NCBI GenBank assembly: GCA_963790305.1
Contig: CAWBOC010000005.1
Location: 320,001-384,000 of the forward strand
Direction: 5' to 3'
Length of the DNA: 64,000 nt
DNA from: an uncultured Gemmatimonadaceae bacterium
GTDB lineage: Bacteria > Gemmatimonadota > Gemmatimonadetes > Gemmatimonadales > Gemmatimonadaceae
A model generated the notes under the pieces. The model ran no database searches. It was not told the origin of the DNA and was given only the letters and a program-made list of their open reading frames with translations. The translations under genes and the position numbers were made by a program. This document shows positions 39,857-49,424 of the stretch, piece after piece; the stretch's first letter is position 1; each line of letters begins with the position of its first letter.

Positions 39857-40752
39857 GGCGATTCGGCCTCCGTCACGAATGCCTCGATTCGTTTCGCCTT
39901 GAGCGAGCGCGCGGCAGCGGCCGCCGCATCGCGCGACGCATATCGTCCAATGCGCACCCGCCACAGCGCCCCGACCTTGACCACGCGCGGAGCCTGCCCT
40001 TGCGCGCTCAACTGACGATGGCGGGCGTCGGCATCCGCGCGGTTCGCGTACGCACCGATTTGCACAGTGTAGGCGGTCGCGCCACGTGCAGGTGGGCGCT
40101 GAGCCGGCGGCGTGGCGACGGCTCCTGGTCGCGCCGGCATGGCCCGCGTCGACTCTGCCGACGTCGTGCGCACGACGACGGTCGTATCGACTCCCTCGCA
40201 GCGCTGCGAGTAATACTCGAGCTGGTTCCGCATCTCAACAGCCTCAGCGGGCGTGTTGCGACGGGAGTCCTCCAGTCGCGCGCACGCACGGGGAAAGTTG
40301 CCCGCGTCGAAATGAACGCGCGCCATCCAGAAGCTTGCGCGCGCACGTGATGGCCCGGTGGGATGCTCGCGCACGACTCGCTCGAGATGTTGCATGGCCT
40401 GTGATCGGTCCCCGCGCGCCAGCTCGAGCTGGGCCAGACCAATGAGCGCGCTCTCCGCGCGTCGCGACACCGGGAACTCAATGATGATGCGCTTGTAATC
40501 ACGCTCGGCATCCGCCGCGGTAGCGGCCAGGGCGGCTCGCCAATACAAAGCCTCGACGTAGCGTGGCGAGCCCTCGGGCGCCGCCGCTAGCTCGCGCGCA
40601 ATGACCGCGCGACCCTCCTGGCCACGGCCCTCGACGACGAGGCGTTGCGCTGCGAGAAAGGTGGTGTCGGTGCTCGTGCTATCCGATTGCTGCGCGGAGA
40701 GGGCAGCGAACGGCGCAATCGAGAGACAGAGGATGCCGAGAAGACAATGCAT
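39853..40752 (-). CDS. Exported TPR + SPOR domain protein
   Basis: Signal peptide; YbgF/BamD-like TPRs; YTVQIGAY...WRVRIGRY SPOR motif. Confidence 0.85.
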   Translation of the reverse strand: MHCLLGILCLSIAPFAALSAQQSDSTSTDTTFLAAQRLVVEGRGQEGRAVIARELAAAPEGSPRYVEALYWRAALAATAADAERDYKRIIIEFPVSRRAESALIGLAQLELARGDRSQAMQHLERVVREHPTGPSRARASFWMARVHFDAGNFPRACARLEDSRRNTPAEAVEMRNQLEYYSQRCEGVDTTVVVRTTSAESTRAMPARPGAVATPPAQRPPARGATAYTVQIGAYANRADADARHRQLSAQGQAPRVVKVGALWRVRIGRYASRDAAAAAARSLKAKRIEAFVTEAESP

Positions 40753-40773
40753 GAGACGTATCGGTGAACCTGG

Positions 40774-41844
40774 TTAGGCTGCTGCGCGCTCGGGGGAGCA
40801 AATGGCGAGAATCGTCGTGGCGATCACCCGGTCCTCCGTGGAGACCCGTGTGTCCTTGAGCGCAATGTCGGCATCGTACAGGAGCCCGAGCGCGCGATCC
40901 ACCGCTCGTACATCCCATCGTTCCACATCGCGCACCCAGGCCCTCACGGCATCGCCCCACGGACGGCCGGTCATGACGCTCCCGCCGGATTTCAGAAACT
41001 TCCAGTATTCGGACTCCAGTGCACGGCTGGAAGTTCCCGCCGCACGGAGGGCCGCACCGTAGCCGAGCGCCAGCATTTGCGCGGTGAGCGCCATCACGAC
41101 CGGGACGCCGCCCATCTTCGGCTGCTCCATCACGTGCGGAAGCACGGAAAGGGAGCCAGGAGCATCTCGTTGCGCCACGCGATCGAGCAGGTCGGCCAAT
41201 GTTTCTCCACGGCGCACCCCCACAACTGCTGACACGGCGTTCTCGTCGATCGTTGCCCCCGACCCCGACACATAGCTCGCCAGCTTGTCGATTTCCCCCG
41301 CGAGCGCTGGCAGATCGTTACCTACGATGCTGTGAAGCATCGCGCACGCCTCGGGGGTGATCGTGGCCCCGTGCTCCTCCTTCGCGTGGTGAGCGATCCA
41401 CTTGGGCAGACGCTCATCGTCGAGCGGGGCGAACTCGACCAGGCACGATCGGGCACGCAGGTCGTCGTCACTCTTCTTCGACTCGCCCGCCGGGGCGACC
41501 ATCACGAGCATGAGATCGGGCGCCGGCTGCGCGAGGTACCGCGTGAGCGCGCCGCGCGTGTCCTTCTTCATCGCTTGCACATCACGCAATACGACGACCC
41601 GCCGCTCGGCCATCATTGGAGGCGTACCCAACAGCGAGCCCAGCGATTCCGCATCGAGCTCCGATGCGCTGCGGATGTCGAGGTTGAAATCGCGAGTAGC
41701 CGGATCCACCGCGCTGGCGAGGAGCTCGCGAAGCGCGTCCTCCTTCAGGTAGTCATCGGCGCCGTGGAGATAGTAGACCGGCTCGAAGGGACCACGCGCT
41801 CGGATGGCCTTTCGCAGCGCCTTCTCGGCGTCAGGGGCGGGCAT
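40774..41844 (-). CDS. holA: DNA polymerase III delta subunit
   Basis: PVYYLHGADDYL, TPPMMAERRVVVLRD, VGNDL..LAGEIDKL, ADIALK. Confidence 0.9.
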   Translation of the reverse strand: MPAPDAEKALRKAIRARGPFEPVYYLHGADDYLKEDALRELLASAVDPATRDFNLDIRSASELDAESLGSLLGTPPMMAERRVVVLRDVQAMKKDTRGALTRYLAQPAPDLMLVMVAPAGESKKSDDDLRARSCLVEFAPLDDERLPKWIAHHAKEEHGATITPEACAMLHSIVGNDLPALAGEIDKLASYVSGSGATIDENAVSAVVGVRRGETLADLLDRVAQRDAPGSLSVLPHVMEQPKMGGVPVVMALTAQMLALGYGAALRAAGTSSRALESEYWKFLKSGGSVMTGRPWGDAVRAWVRDVERWDVRAVDRALGLLYDADIALKDTRVSTEDRVIATTILAICSPERAAA

Positions 41845-41860
41845 GGCAGGAATATACGCG

Positions 41861-43382
41861 CTAGGGTGGACCGTAGCCCGTATTCACGCCGTTTCCGCAT
41901 GGCGCAGCAACGGGTGCAGGGCCAGGCGCGTCCGAATCGCCCAATTCATCGCGAAGCGCTTCCATGCGTGCACGGAGCTCACCGACCATGCGTGCGTGCT
42001 CGCGCCGGCCGGCAAGGTTGTTGAGCTCGTCCGGATCGCTCGCGAGGTCGTACAGCTCCCACTCCTCCGGATGCTCCCAGAAGTGAATGAGCTTCCACCG
42101 CGCCGTTCGCACGCCTCGATGTTTCCGCACGCAATGCTCGGCCGGGTACTCGTAGTACTCGTAGAGAAACGCGTCGCGCCACGGTGCGTTTGGTTGCCCG
42201 CTGAGTATCGGCACCATGCTGCGACCATGCATCCAGCCCGGAACGGGAATACCCGCAAGCTCGAGCAGCGTCGGCGCGACATCGACGTTGAGCATCATAT
42301 GCGAGCGGTCCACGGTACCGGCACGAACGCGGGCGGGAAAGCGCACGAGCATCGGCACCCGGATCGATGGCTCGTACATCAGGCGCTTGTCGAAGAGCCC
42401 GTGCTCGCCGAGGAAGAACCCGTTGTCCGAGGTGTAGATGATGATCGTGTTCTCGGCGAGACCGTCGCGATCGAGTGCGTCGAGCAGTCGGCCGACGTTC
42501 TCATCCACCGACAGCAGCACGCGATAGTAGTTTTTCACCAGCTGCTGAAGGTTGAGTCGCTTGCGCTCGCCAGCCGGCAGCGACGGATCGACGCCGCGAT
42601 CGCGAAAGTCGGGCATGTCGGCGATCGCCATCTCGGCGCGCCGAAGCGCCTCCGGCCGTCCCGCGAGCTTGTCTTCGAACGTCCTCGGTAATGGGATCTC
42701 GACGTCTTCATAGGTGCGAGCGAAGCGCTCCGCCGGCATCCACGCCCGGTGCGGCGACTTGAACTGGTAGAGGAGGCAGAACGGACGATCCCGGGGCCGG
42801 TCGCGCAGAAACAACAGACCTTGATCACCCACAATGTCGTCGGCATGCCCACGAAGCTTCATGCGCATACCGTTCGCGATCAATTCCGGATCGTGGTAGA
42901 TGCCCTGCCCGGGAAAGACGGCCCACCGATCGAACCCGCGCGGCTCGGATCGCAGAATGCCACTTTCCGATCAGCGCGGTGTGGTAGCCAGCGCTCCGGA
43001 GCAGGTCGACGAAGGTGGGTTGCTCAGGGCGAAGGCCGGGCTGGTTGTAGTACTGCGGCCCGCCACCGTTCGTAATGACCCCGTGGGCATGCGAGTACAA
43101 TCCGGTGAGTATGCTCGCGCGGCTGGGAGCGCACAGTGCGTTGGTGACGAACGCATCGGCGAAGCGCACACCCTCAGTAGCGATGCGATCGATGTTCGGC
43201 GTGCGCAGAATCGGGTTGCCGGCGACACTCAGCGCATCGTGCCGCTGGTCATCGGTCATGATGAACACGATGTTCGGCGGCGTCGCGCGATGCGGCTGCG
43301 ACGCCGCCAGCGCATTCGGATCGAGCCGAAGCGTCGCGAGCGCGCCGAGTGCCTTGAGTGCTTCGCGGCGCGAGAGGGACAT
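41861..43382 (-). CDS. Tat-exported sulfatase, split by a +1 frameshift near 42956
   Basis: SRREALK Tat motif, PNIVFIMTDD, CAPSRAS (CxPxR), GKWH, YTSDNGFFLGEHG, ELYDL..DP.E. Confidence 0.92.
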
Positions 43383-43471
43383 GCGGAGTGAAGGGAGGAA
43401 GACGAGAAACCCCTCGGGAAGATGCCGTCGCATCCCGAGGGGTCAAGCTACGTCTTCACAACCGCCTGGCG

Positions 43472-43996
43472 TCAGCGCGAAAGCGTCGCGAAGTGCGCCT
43501 CCGCATGGACGAAGTGCGCACTGGCCTGCTCGGCGAGAACCGCGGCGGGCCACATGGGCATCCCCGTCGAGGATGCCGCGACGAATGGATAATCGACGAT
43601 CGGCGGTGGAAGCGCGGGGCTGCTCGCGATCACCGGCTCGAGCACGAGATCGCGGCGCATCTCCGTCCAGTGTAGCATCGACGCCGCCGCGAACCCGAGC
43701 GCCACGACGCCGGCGGCAGCAACGAACGCGCCCATGCCCGGCGCCCGAAAAAGCTCCGCCCGTTGGTCAGGTTGACCCAGCGCACGCAAACGCGCGTGCA
43801 GACGCGTCGCGAAATCCGACGAAGGCTCCACCGGCGCGAGGTTGCGGAAGACGAGCAGCCCGCGACGAAGCGCCGTGTCGTGCCGCATGCACTCGTCACA
43901 TTCGCTGAGATGGCCCTGCATCGCGACCATGTCCGCTTCGGACATGGTGCCATCGACGAACGGAAGGTGTCGTTTGCGGAATTCGCTGCAGTGCAT
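43472..43996 (-). CDS. Zinc-binding anti-sigma factor (ZAS)
   Basis: HLSECDEC (HxxxCxxC), one TM; downstream of the ECF sigma. Confidence 0.85.
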   Translation of the reverse strand: MHCSEFRKRHLPFVDGTMSEADMVAMQGHLSECDECMRHDTALRRGLLVFRNLAPVEPSSDFATRLHARLRALGQPDQRAELFRAPGMGAFVAAAGVVALGFAAASMLHWTEMRRDLVLEPVIASSPALPPPIVDYPFVAASSTGMPMWPAAVLAEQASAHFVHAEAHFATLSR

Positions 43997-44070
43997 GGCG
44001 TAGGGTTGGAGTCGACTGGCTCGGGGCTGCTGGGAGTACCCGACGGGCGCAGGCGAGTTCCTAACCTACT

Positions 44071-44155
44071 GCTGCGAACTGCGAACTGCGAGCTAACCCC
44101 CCCGGGAGGCTATGTCGTGGCCTCTCCAGGGGGGCTTAGTTCGCAGTTCGCAGCT
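44071..44155. repeat. Heptamer-built inverted repeat (CTGCGAA type) between sigma and anti-sigma genes
   Basis: GCTGCGAACTGCGAACTGCGAGCTAA-CCCCCCC...GGGGGG-CTTAGTTCGCAGTTCGCAGC. Confidence 0.85.
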
Positions 44156-44156
44156 C

Positions 44157-44795
44157 TTATTCTAGTCCCGGCTCTATGATCGCCGCGAACGAATTCCTTG
44201 CTCGGTTCAACCGGCTCTTGACCGTTCCCAGGTTACAGCCGGTGATCTCGGCGATTTCCTCGTACGACTTCCCTTCCAGCTCGCGCAGCACGAAGACCTG
44301 GCGGTGATGCTCGGGAAGCTGAGCGACCGACGTTTCCACCAGCTCGCGCAGGTGGCGCTTGCGGTACAGATCATCCGGCCGCGCCGTCGAGTCCTCGAAC
44401 TGCAGCGGACGGTCATCCTCCTGCCACGGTCGCCGAATCGCCTGGAAGAGCACCAGCGGATTCCGCGAGCGGTTCCGCAGCTCATTCTTCGCCAGGTTGG
44501 AGGCGATCGTGTAGATCCAGGTCGAAAACTTCTTCGACTGGTCGAATCGGTGCAGGTGCCGGTACACTCGGATGAAAACCTCCTGCACGAGGTCCTCCGC
44601 TCGTTCCCGGTCGCCGATGGTGCGGAACACGAAGTTCAGGAGCCGAGTCTGGTATCGTTCGACGAGCTCCTGAAACGCTCGCTCCTCTCCACCCAGAAAG
44701 GCCCCGACCACCCCCGCATCATCCATGGAATGCAGCCGTTCTCGAACGGTTGCACTCTGCGCCGGCACGGTGTGCTTCAGCGCGACTTCAGCCAT
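44157..44795 (-). CDS. ECF RNA polymerase sigma factor (RpoE/SigW-like)
   Basis: AEDLVQEVF, FSTWIYTIA.N, SYEEIA, GTVKSRLNRAR. Confidence 0.93.
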   Translation of the reverse strand: MAEVALKHTVPAQSATVRERLHSMDDAGVVGAFLGGEERAFQELVERYQTRLLNFVFRTIGDRERAEDLVQEVFIRVYRHLHRFDQSKKFSTWIYTIASNLAKNELRNRSRNPLVLFQAIRRPWQEDDRPLQFEDSTARPDDLYRKRHLRELVETSVAQLPEHHRQVFVLRELEGKSYEEIAEITGCNLGTVKSRLNRARNSFAAIIEPGLE

Positions 44796-45072
44796 TGGTC
44801 CGTCCCTCGACAGCGAAAGGGTGACTCGTTCGACGAGAAAGTTCAGGTGATTCACGCTCCTCTTGTCGGACGCCACAATGAAAAGCAGGGGACATGCCGA
44901 ATCGTGCGTCGTGTCGCTGGATCGCGTAATTCCTTTCTGATCAACAACTTCTGACCAGCGATCGTTCCAGGGAACATGGCGAACAAATGCCGAACTGTCC
45001 ACTTCCCGTGACATCGACCGCGACAGTTTTCCCTTTGGACATCCGCTGACCGCCGAGCGTCGCCTTGGAAGG

Positions 45073-45624
45073 TCAGACCCCAGCGCGAAATCCGGCTGCG
45101 TAGAGGATACCGAGCGCTGTCTTGGCGTCCTGAATCACCCCGTCCCTAATCATCTCCAACGCCTGCGACAGGGGCACCGTCTCCAATGTCAGAAATTCGT
45201 CCGATTCGCGCCCGGTCTCCCCATGTGCCAGCCCGGTCGCCATGAAAAGGTGGATTCGCTCGTCGGTGAAACCGGGCGTCGTGTACATGGTGTACAGGAG
45301 CTCCACGCGCTCCGCGGAACAGCCCGTCTCTTCTCGCAGCTCCCGCCTGGCACATGTCTCCGGCGTCTCGCCGGGATCGAGGCGGCCGGCAGGGAGCTCG
45401 TACAAAAAGCCGTTTGCGGCGTACCGATACTGTTTAATGAGCAGGAGTTGCGGATCTTCTCCCGCCGGGTCGCTGAGGAAGGGGACGACCGCGCTCGCTC
45501 CCGAGTGCCTGATCATCTCGAGCTCACCGACCGAGCCGTCGGGAAACCTCACCCGATCAATGTCGAGGTTCAGGACCTTCCCGGTGTAGATCCGTCGGCT
45601 TTCCAGCGCACCTGGGGTAATCAC
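45073..45624 (-). CDS. NUDIX hydrolase, ADP-ribose pyrophosphatase-like
   Basis: QYRY, ELPAGRLDPGE...ARRELREETG, TTPGFTDE, DAKT. Confidence 0.9.
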   Translation of the reverse strand: MITPGALESRRIYTGKVLNLDIDRVRFPDGSVGELEMIRHSGASAVVPFLSDPAGEDPQLLLIKQYRYAANGFLYELPAGRLDPGETPETCARRELREETGCSAERVELLYTMYTTPGFTDERIHLFMATGLAHGETGRESDEFLTLETVPLSQALEMIRDGVIQDAKTALGILYAAGFRAGV

Positions 45625-45654
45625 CCTGCGCTCCGCGTCAAAGTCACAATGGGC

Positions 45655-47049
45655 CTACGGGCGCTGGGTGCCTTCCGTGTCGTATGACTGTAGAGGCCCC
45701 AGATCCATCGCCTCCAGAGGCTCCCTGACTACGGCAGGGTCGCCCACCGCGACGAACTGCAGCTCCTCGGGGCGGAGAAACTCGCGCGCTGCACGCAGGA
45801 CGTCGGGCGCGGACACCGCACGGACGCGGTCCCGATACGTGTCGAAGTAGTCGGTTGGAAGACCGTAGACGACCATCGCCGCGAGCGCACGGGCAATGGC
45901 CGCCGTCGTTTCGTACCGAATCGGAAAGACCCCCTCCAAATAGCTCGTCGCCAAAGAGAGCTCCTCGACGCTCACCTTCTCGGCGCGCATACGGTCGATC
46001 TCCGTGAGCACCTCTCCCGCAGCCGCGGCGGTGACATCGCTGCGCACGGCAGTGGCCACGGCGAAGGGCCCGGCCTGCCGGCGCCAATCGAAGAACGACG
46101 AGGCGCCGTAGGTGTACCCGTGCGCCTCGCGCAGGTTGAGATTGATGCGCGAGGAAAAGAGTCCGCCGAGCAGCATGTTCATCACCAACGCTGCGAAGTA
46201 GTCGGGATGCACGCGTGGAATCCCGACGTGCCCGATGCGGAGCTCCGACTGCGGCGCGTCAGCCTTCTCGACCAGATGTACCGCCCGCGTGCGCCGCGCG
46301 GGCCGGTCGTCTGCATCCATGACAGCAGCGCGCTGCGCTGGCCAGGCATCGAAGCGCGACCGCATGACCCGTAAGGCATCGTCGATCCCAATGTCGCCGA
46401 CGATGATCGCGGTCGTGCTCCCCGGCCGGTATCGCGCGGCGTGGAACGCCGCGACGGCCTTGCGATCGATCGCCGAGACCGACGCCACAGACCCGCCTTC
46501 AGGCAGTGCATACCGGGAGTCGCCGGCGTAGACAAACCGGGCGAACATGTCATCGGCGAGCCCACGCGGCTCCGCGCGACGCTGAAGGATCTCCGCCAGC
46601 CGCTCCGCCTTGAGTCGCTCGAGCTCCCGCTCGGGGAACGCGGGCTCGAGCACCACCTCGGCGACCAGCGCCATCGCTTCGGACAACCGGCTCGTGAGAA
46701 CGGTCATCGTGAGTGCGCCGCTGTCCCACTCCGCGTCGGCGTCGAGCGAAGCACCGAGACGCTCGAGACTCTCGGTCAGCACGTCGCCCGTGCGGGATCT
46801 GGTGCCTTCGAGAAGCGCCCTCGCAGTGAGTCGCGCAGCTCCCTCCTGTCCCATCGGCTCGGTCACCGCGCCGGCGTCGGCGACGAGCGATACCGTCACG
46901 ACCGGCAGCTTCCGCACCGGCACGACGATCACTGACAGGCCGTTGTCGAGCGACGCTTGCTCGAAATGTGGGAAGTGGTACGGGCGTGCTGGGCCCGGGG
47001 CAGGGCGTTGCGCCGATCCCCGAGGCGCGGATGTCGTGGAGCTTGTCAG
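45655..47049 (-). CDS. M16B peptidase non-catalytic subunit (cytoplasmic); probable CTG start
   Basis: LDNGL, no HxxEH, SSRINLNLREAHGYTYGA; frame open to a CTG overlapping the upstream TGA, GGAGG 8 nt before. Confidence 0.85.
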   Translation of the reverse strand: MTSSTTSAPRGSAQRPAPGPARPYHFPHFEQASLDNGLSVIVVPVRKLPVVTVSLVADAGAVTEPMGQEGAARLTARALLEGTRSRTGDVLTESLERLGASLDADAEWDSGALTMTVLTSRLSEAMALVAEVVLEPAFPERELERLKAERLAEILQRRAEPRGLADDMFARFVYAGDSRYALPEGGSVASVSAIDRKAVAAFHAARYRPGSTTAIIVGDIGIDDALRVMRSRFDAWPAQRAAVMDADDRPARRTRAVHLVEKADAPQSELRIGHVGIPRVHPDYFAALVMNMLLGGLFSSRINLNLREAHGYTYGASSFFDWRRQAGPFAVATAVRSDVTAAAAGEVLTEIDRMRAEKVSVEELSLATSYLEGVFPIRYETTAAIARALAAMVVYGLPTDYFDTYRDRVRAVSAPDVLRAAREFLRPEELQFVAVGDPAVVREPLEAMDLGPLQSYDTEGTQRP

Positions 47050-48362
47050 GACACTACCTCCGCCTCGGTACGCTCCTCGGGTGCAACCGCGCGCGAGCCA
47101 TTCGCTGGCACATAAAGCAGGGACGCGCGATTGTCTTCGCCGAGGCGTGCTCGTGCGAACTCCGTCACCTGCTCCGCGGTAACGGCCCGATAGCGATCGA
47201 CCTGGTCGTTGACGAGCGATGGATCGCCGAAATACGTCGCGAACATCGACAGTTTGTCCCCGCGCTCACCTGCCGATTGCATGGATGTCACGAATGCGGT
47301 CTCGACGAGCGCGACGGCGCGCTCCACCTCGTCACGTGATACTCCGTTCGAGCGCATCTCGTTGACGAGGTCTGCAGCCGCGCCCTCGAGAGCGTTTTCG
47401 GACACCTCCGGACGCCCAGTCACGTCGAGCACCAGCAGATCGGCACCCTTGGAGAGATCGAACGTGAAGGCGGTCGCCTCGCTCGCGACCTCGCGCTCGC
47501 GCACGAGAATGCGCTGCAGGCGACTGCTCTTGCCAACCCCGAGGATGGCCGAGGCGACGCTGGCCGCGTAGTACTCCTCACTTCCGAATACCGGCGAGCG
47601 AAACGCGAGGAAGAGGCGCGGCACCATCACCTCGTCAGGCACCGTCGCTCTCAACCATCGTCCGAAGCGCTCCGGCAATCCCATCTCGGCCAGCGGTGGC
47701 TTGCGACCGCCACGTGGGATCGGACCGAAGTAGCGCCTGACGAGCTCGCGCGCCTCCGACGGATCGAAGTCGCCGGCGATCGAGAGGACGGCGTTGTCAG
47801 GGGTGTAGTACGTGGCGAAAAAATGCTCGACATCCTCGAGGCTCGCCGCCGTCAGATCCTCCATCGAACCGATGAGCGAGTGGTGGAACGGATGCTCGGG
47901 CGGATACGCCAGCGCCGGGAGTCGCTCCCACCAGGTGCCGTAGGGCTGGTTGTCGACCGACCAGCGTCGCTCGTTCTTCACGACGTCGCGCTGGGTGTCG
48001 AGCTTTTGCTGGGTCATCGCTGGAAGGAGCGCTCCCATACGATCGGCCTCGAGCCACAGCGCCAACGCGAGCTGGTTTGACGGCAGCGTCTCGAAGTAGT
48101 TCGTGCGGTCCAGCCACGTCGACCCGTTCAACGTTCCACCCGCGCGCTGCACGAGCTCGAAGTGCTCGTTCGCGGCCACGTTTGCCGAGCCCTGAAAGAG
48201 CATGTGCTCGAACAGGTGGGCGAAGCCGGTGCGGCCGCTCCGCTCGTTGGCGGACCCCACGTGATACCAGAGGTTCACGGCGACGATGGGCGCCGTATGA
48301 TCCTCGGACAGGGTGACGAACAAGCCGTTGTCGAGTCGAAATGTCTCGATCGGAATACGCAT
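47046..48362 (-). CDS. M16B zinc peptidase catalytic subunit (no signal peptide)
   Basis: WYHVGS, TGFAHLFEHMLFQGS (HxxEH), DRTNYFE. Confidence 0.92.
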   Translation of the reverse strand: MRIPIETFRLDNGLFVTLSEDHTAPIVAVNLWYHVGSANERSGRTGFAHLFEHMLFQGSANVAANEHFELVQRAGGTLNGSTWLDRTNYFETLPSNQLALALWLEADRMGALLPAMTQQKLDTQRDVVKNERRWSVDNQPYGTWWERLPALAYPPEHPFHHSLIGSMEDLTAASLEDVEHFFATYYTPDNAVLSIAGDFDPSEARELVRRYFGPIPRGGRKPPLAEMGLPERFGRWLRATVPDEVMVPRLFLAFRSPVFGSEEYYAASVASAILGVGKSSRLQRILVREREVASEATAFTFDLSKGADLLVLDVTGRPEVSENALEGAAADLVNEMRSNGVSRDEVERAVALVETAFVTSMQSAGERGDKLSMFATYFGDPSLVNDQVDRYRAVTAEQVTEFARARLGEDNRASLLYVPANGSRAVAPEERTEAEVVS

Positions 48363-48439
48363 GATTCTAAGTAATCACCACCAGCGCCGGTTGGAACCCC
48401 GACAGCCTTGCCCTGCCTAGGGAATTGACGACATTTGAA

Positions 48440-48522
48440 CTCGAATGCGGAACGCGGAGTGCGGAATGTGGACGGACACCTCCGTTGTCCCTTGGCTTCC
48501 GCGTTCCGCAATCCGCATTCGA
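48440..48522. repeat. Heptamer-built inverted repeat (GGAATGC type) upstream of the QueD-like gene
   Basis: CTCGAATGCGGAACGCGGAGTGCGGAA ... TTCCGCGTTCCGCAATCCGCATTCGAG. Confidence 0.85.
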
Positions 48523-48528
48523 GGTTCC

Positions 48529-49059
48529 ATGCGCTCCTTCAGGGTCGCCGTCAGCAAGGATTATCTCGTCTTCGCCTCCGCCCACTTCATCACCTTCGCG
48601 GGGCACCGGTGCGAGCCCTTGCACGGCCACAATTACCGCGTGTCGGTATCTCTCGAAGGCGCGCTCAATGAGGAGAGCTGGTACGTCGTCGATTTCTCCG
48701 AGCTCAAGCGCATCATGCGCCAGCTGTGCGACGAGATCGACCACAAGATGCTGCTGCCGCTGCGCAACCCGAAGCTCGACGTGCGAGAGCGCGACGGCGC
48801 GGTCACGGTGGCCTACGAGGGGAAGCAGAAGTACGTCTTCCCGGTCGAGGATTGCGCGCTTCTCGACATCCCCAACACGACAGTGGAGATGCTTGCTCAG
48901 TTCCTCGCGGCACGCCTCCGCACCGCCTTGAACGAGCTCGGCGTTCACAGCCTGACCGCCATCGAGCTCGAGGTCGAGGAGAACTTTGGACAGTCGGCGA
49001 CATACCGCGAGTCTCCTATCCTCGATGACGTAGAGCCTCCGCGGCCCCGGAGGGCCTGA
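48529..49059 (+). CDS. PTPS/QueD family pterin synthase
   Basis: FASAHF, CEPLHGHNY (CxxxHGH), VVDF..LK, IDHK, NTTVEMLA, VEE. Confidence 0.88.
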   Translation: MRSFRVAVSKDYLVFASAHFITFAGHRCEPLHGHNYRVSVSLEGALNEESWYVVDFSELKRIMRQLCDEIDHKMLLPLRNPKLDVRERDGAVTVAYEGKQKYVFPVEDCALLDIPNTTVEMLAQFLAARLRTALNELGVHSLTAIELEVEENFGQSATYRESPILDDVEPPRPRRA

Positions 49060-49061
49060 CC

Positions 49062-49418
49062 ATGGGAGAACGAGTCTACTCCGAACAGGAAGCATCCCGC
49101 GCGCTCAGCGAGCTCCCGGCGTGGCGCGCCGAGCGTGGAGTCATCAGCCGCACGTTCGACACCGACGGGTGGGCGACAACCCTGATGCTCGTCAATGCGA
49201 TCGGTTTCGTGGCCGAGGCGGCCGACCATCATCCGGATCTCGACGTGTCGTGGCCGAAGGTCACCGTGCGGTTGTCGACTCATAGCGCCGGGGGCATCAC
49301 TGACAAGGACATTGCGCTCGCTCGGGAGATCGAGCGCGTCGCGCTGTGGCGCCCCACGGCGGACAGTCCCCTCCGCGGTGTCAAGCGCCCATTCGTGAAG
49401 CGCGAAACGGGCCGCTGA
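49062..49418 (+). CDS. Pterin-4a-carbinolamine dehydratase (PCD/PhhB family)
   Basis: AEAADHHPDL, LSTHSAGGITDKDIALA. Confidence 0.92.
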   Translation: MGERVYSEQEASRALSELPAWRAERGVISRTFDTDGWATTLMLVNAIGFVAEAADHHPDLDVSWPKVTVRLSTHSAGGITDKDIALAREIERVALWRPTADSPLRGVKRPFVKRETGR

Positions 49419-49424
49419 AACAGC

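Noticed and set aside
28968..49059. Dpd-type 7-deazaguanine DNA modification cluster
   Set aside because: The QueE-like and QueD-like genes are 19 kb apart, the QueE-like protein lacks its Cys triad, and no dpdA/tgt, queC or folE is in the window.
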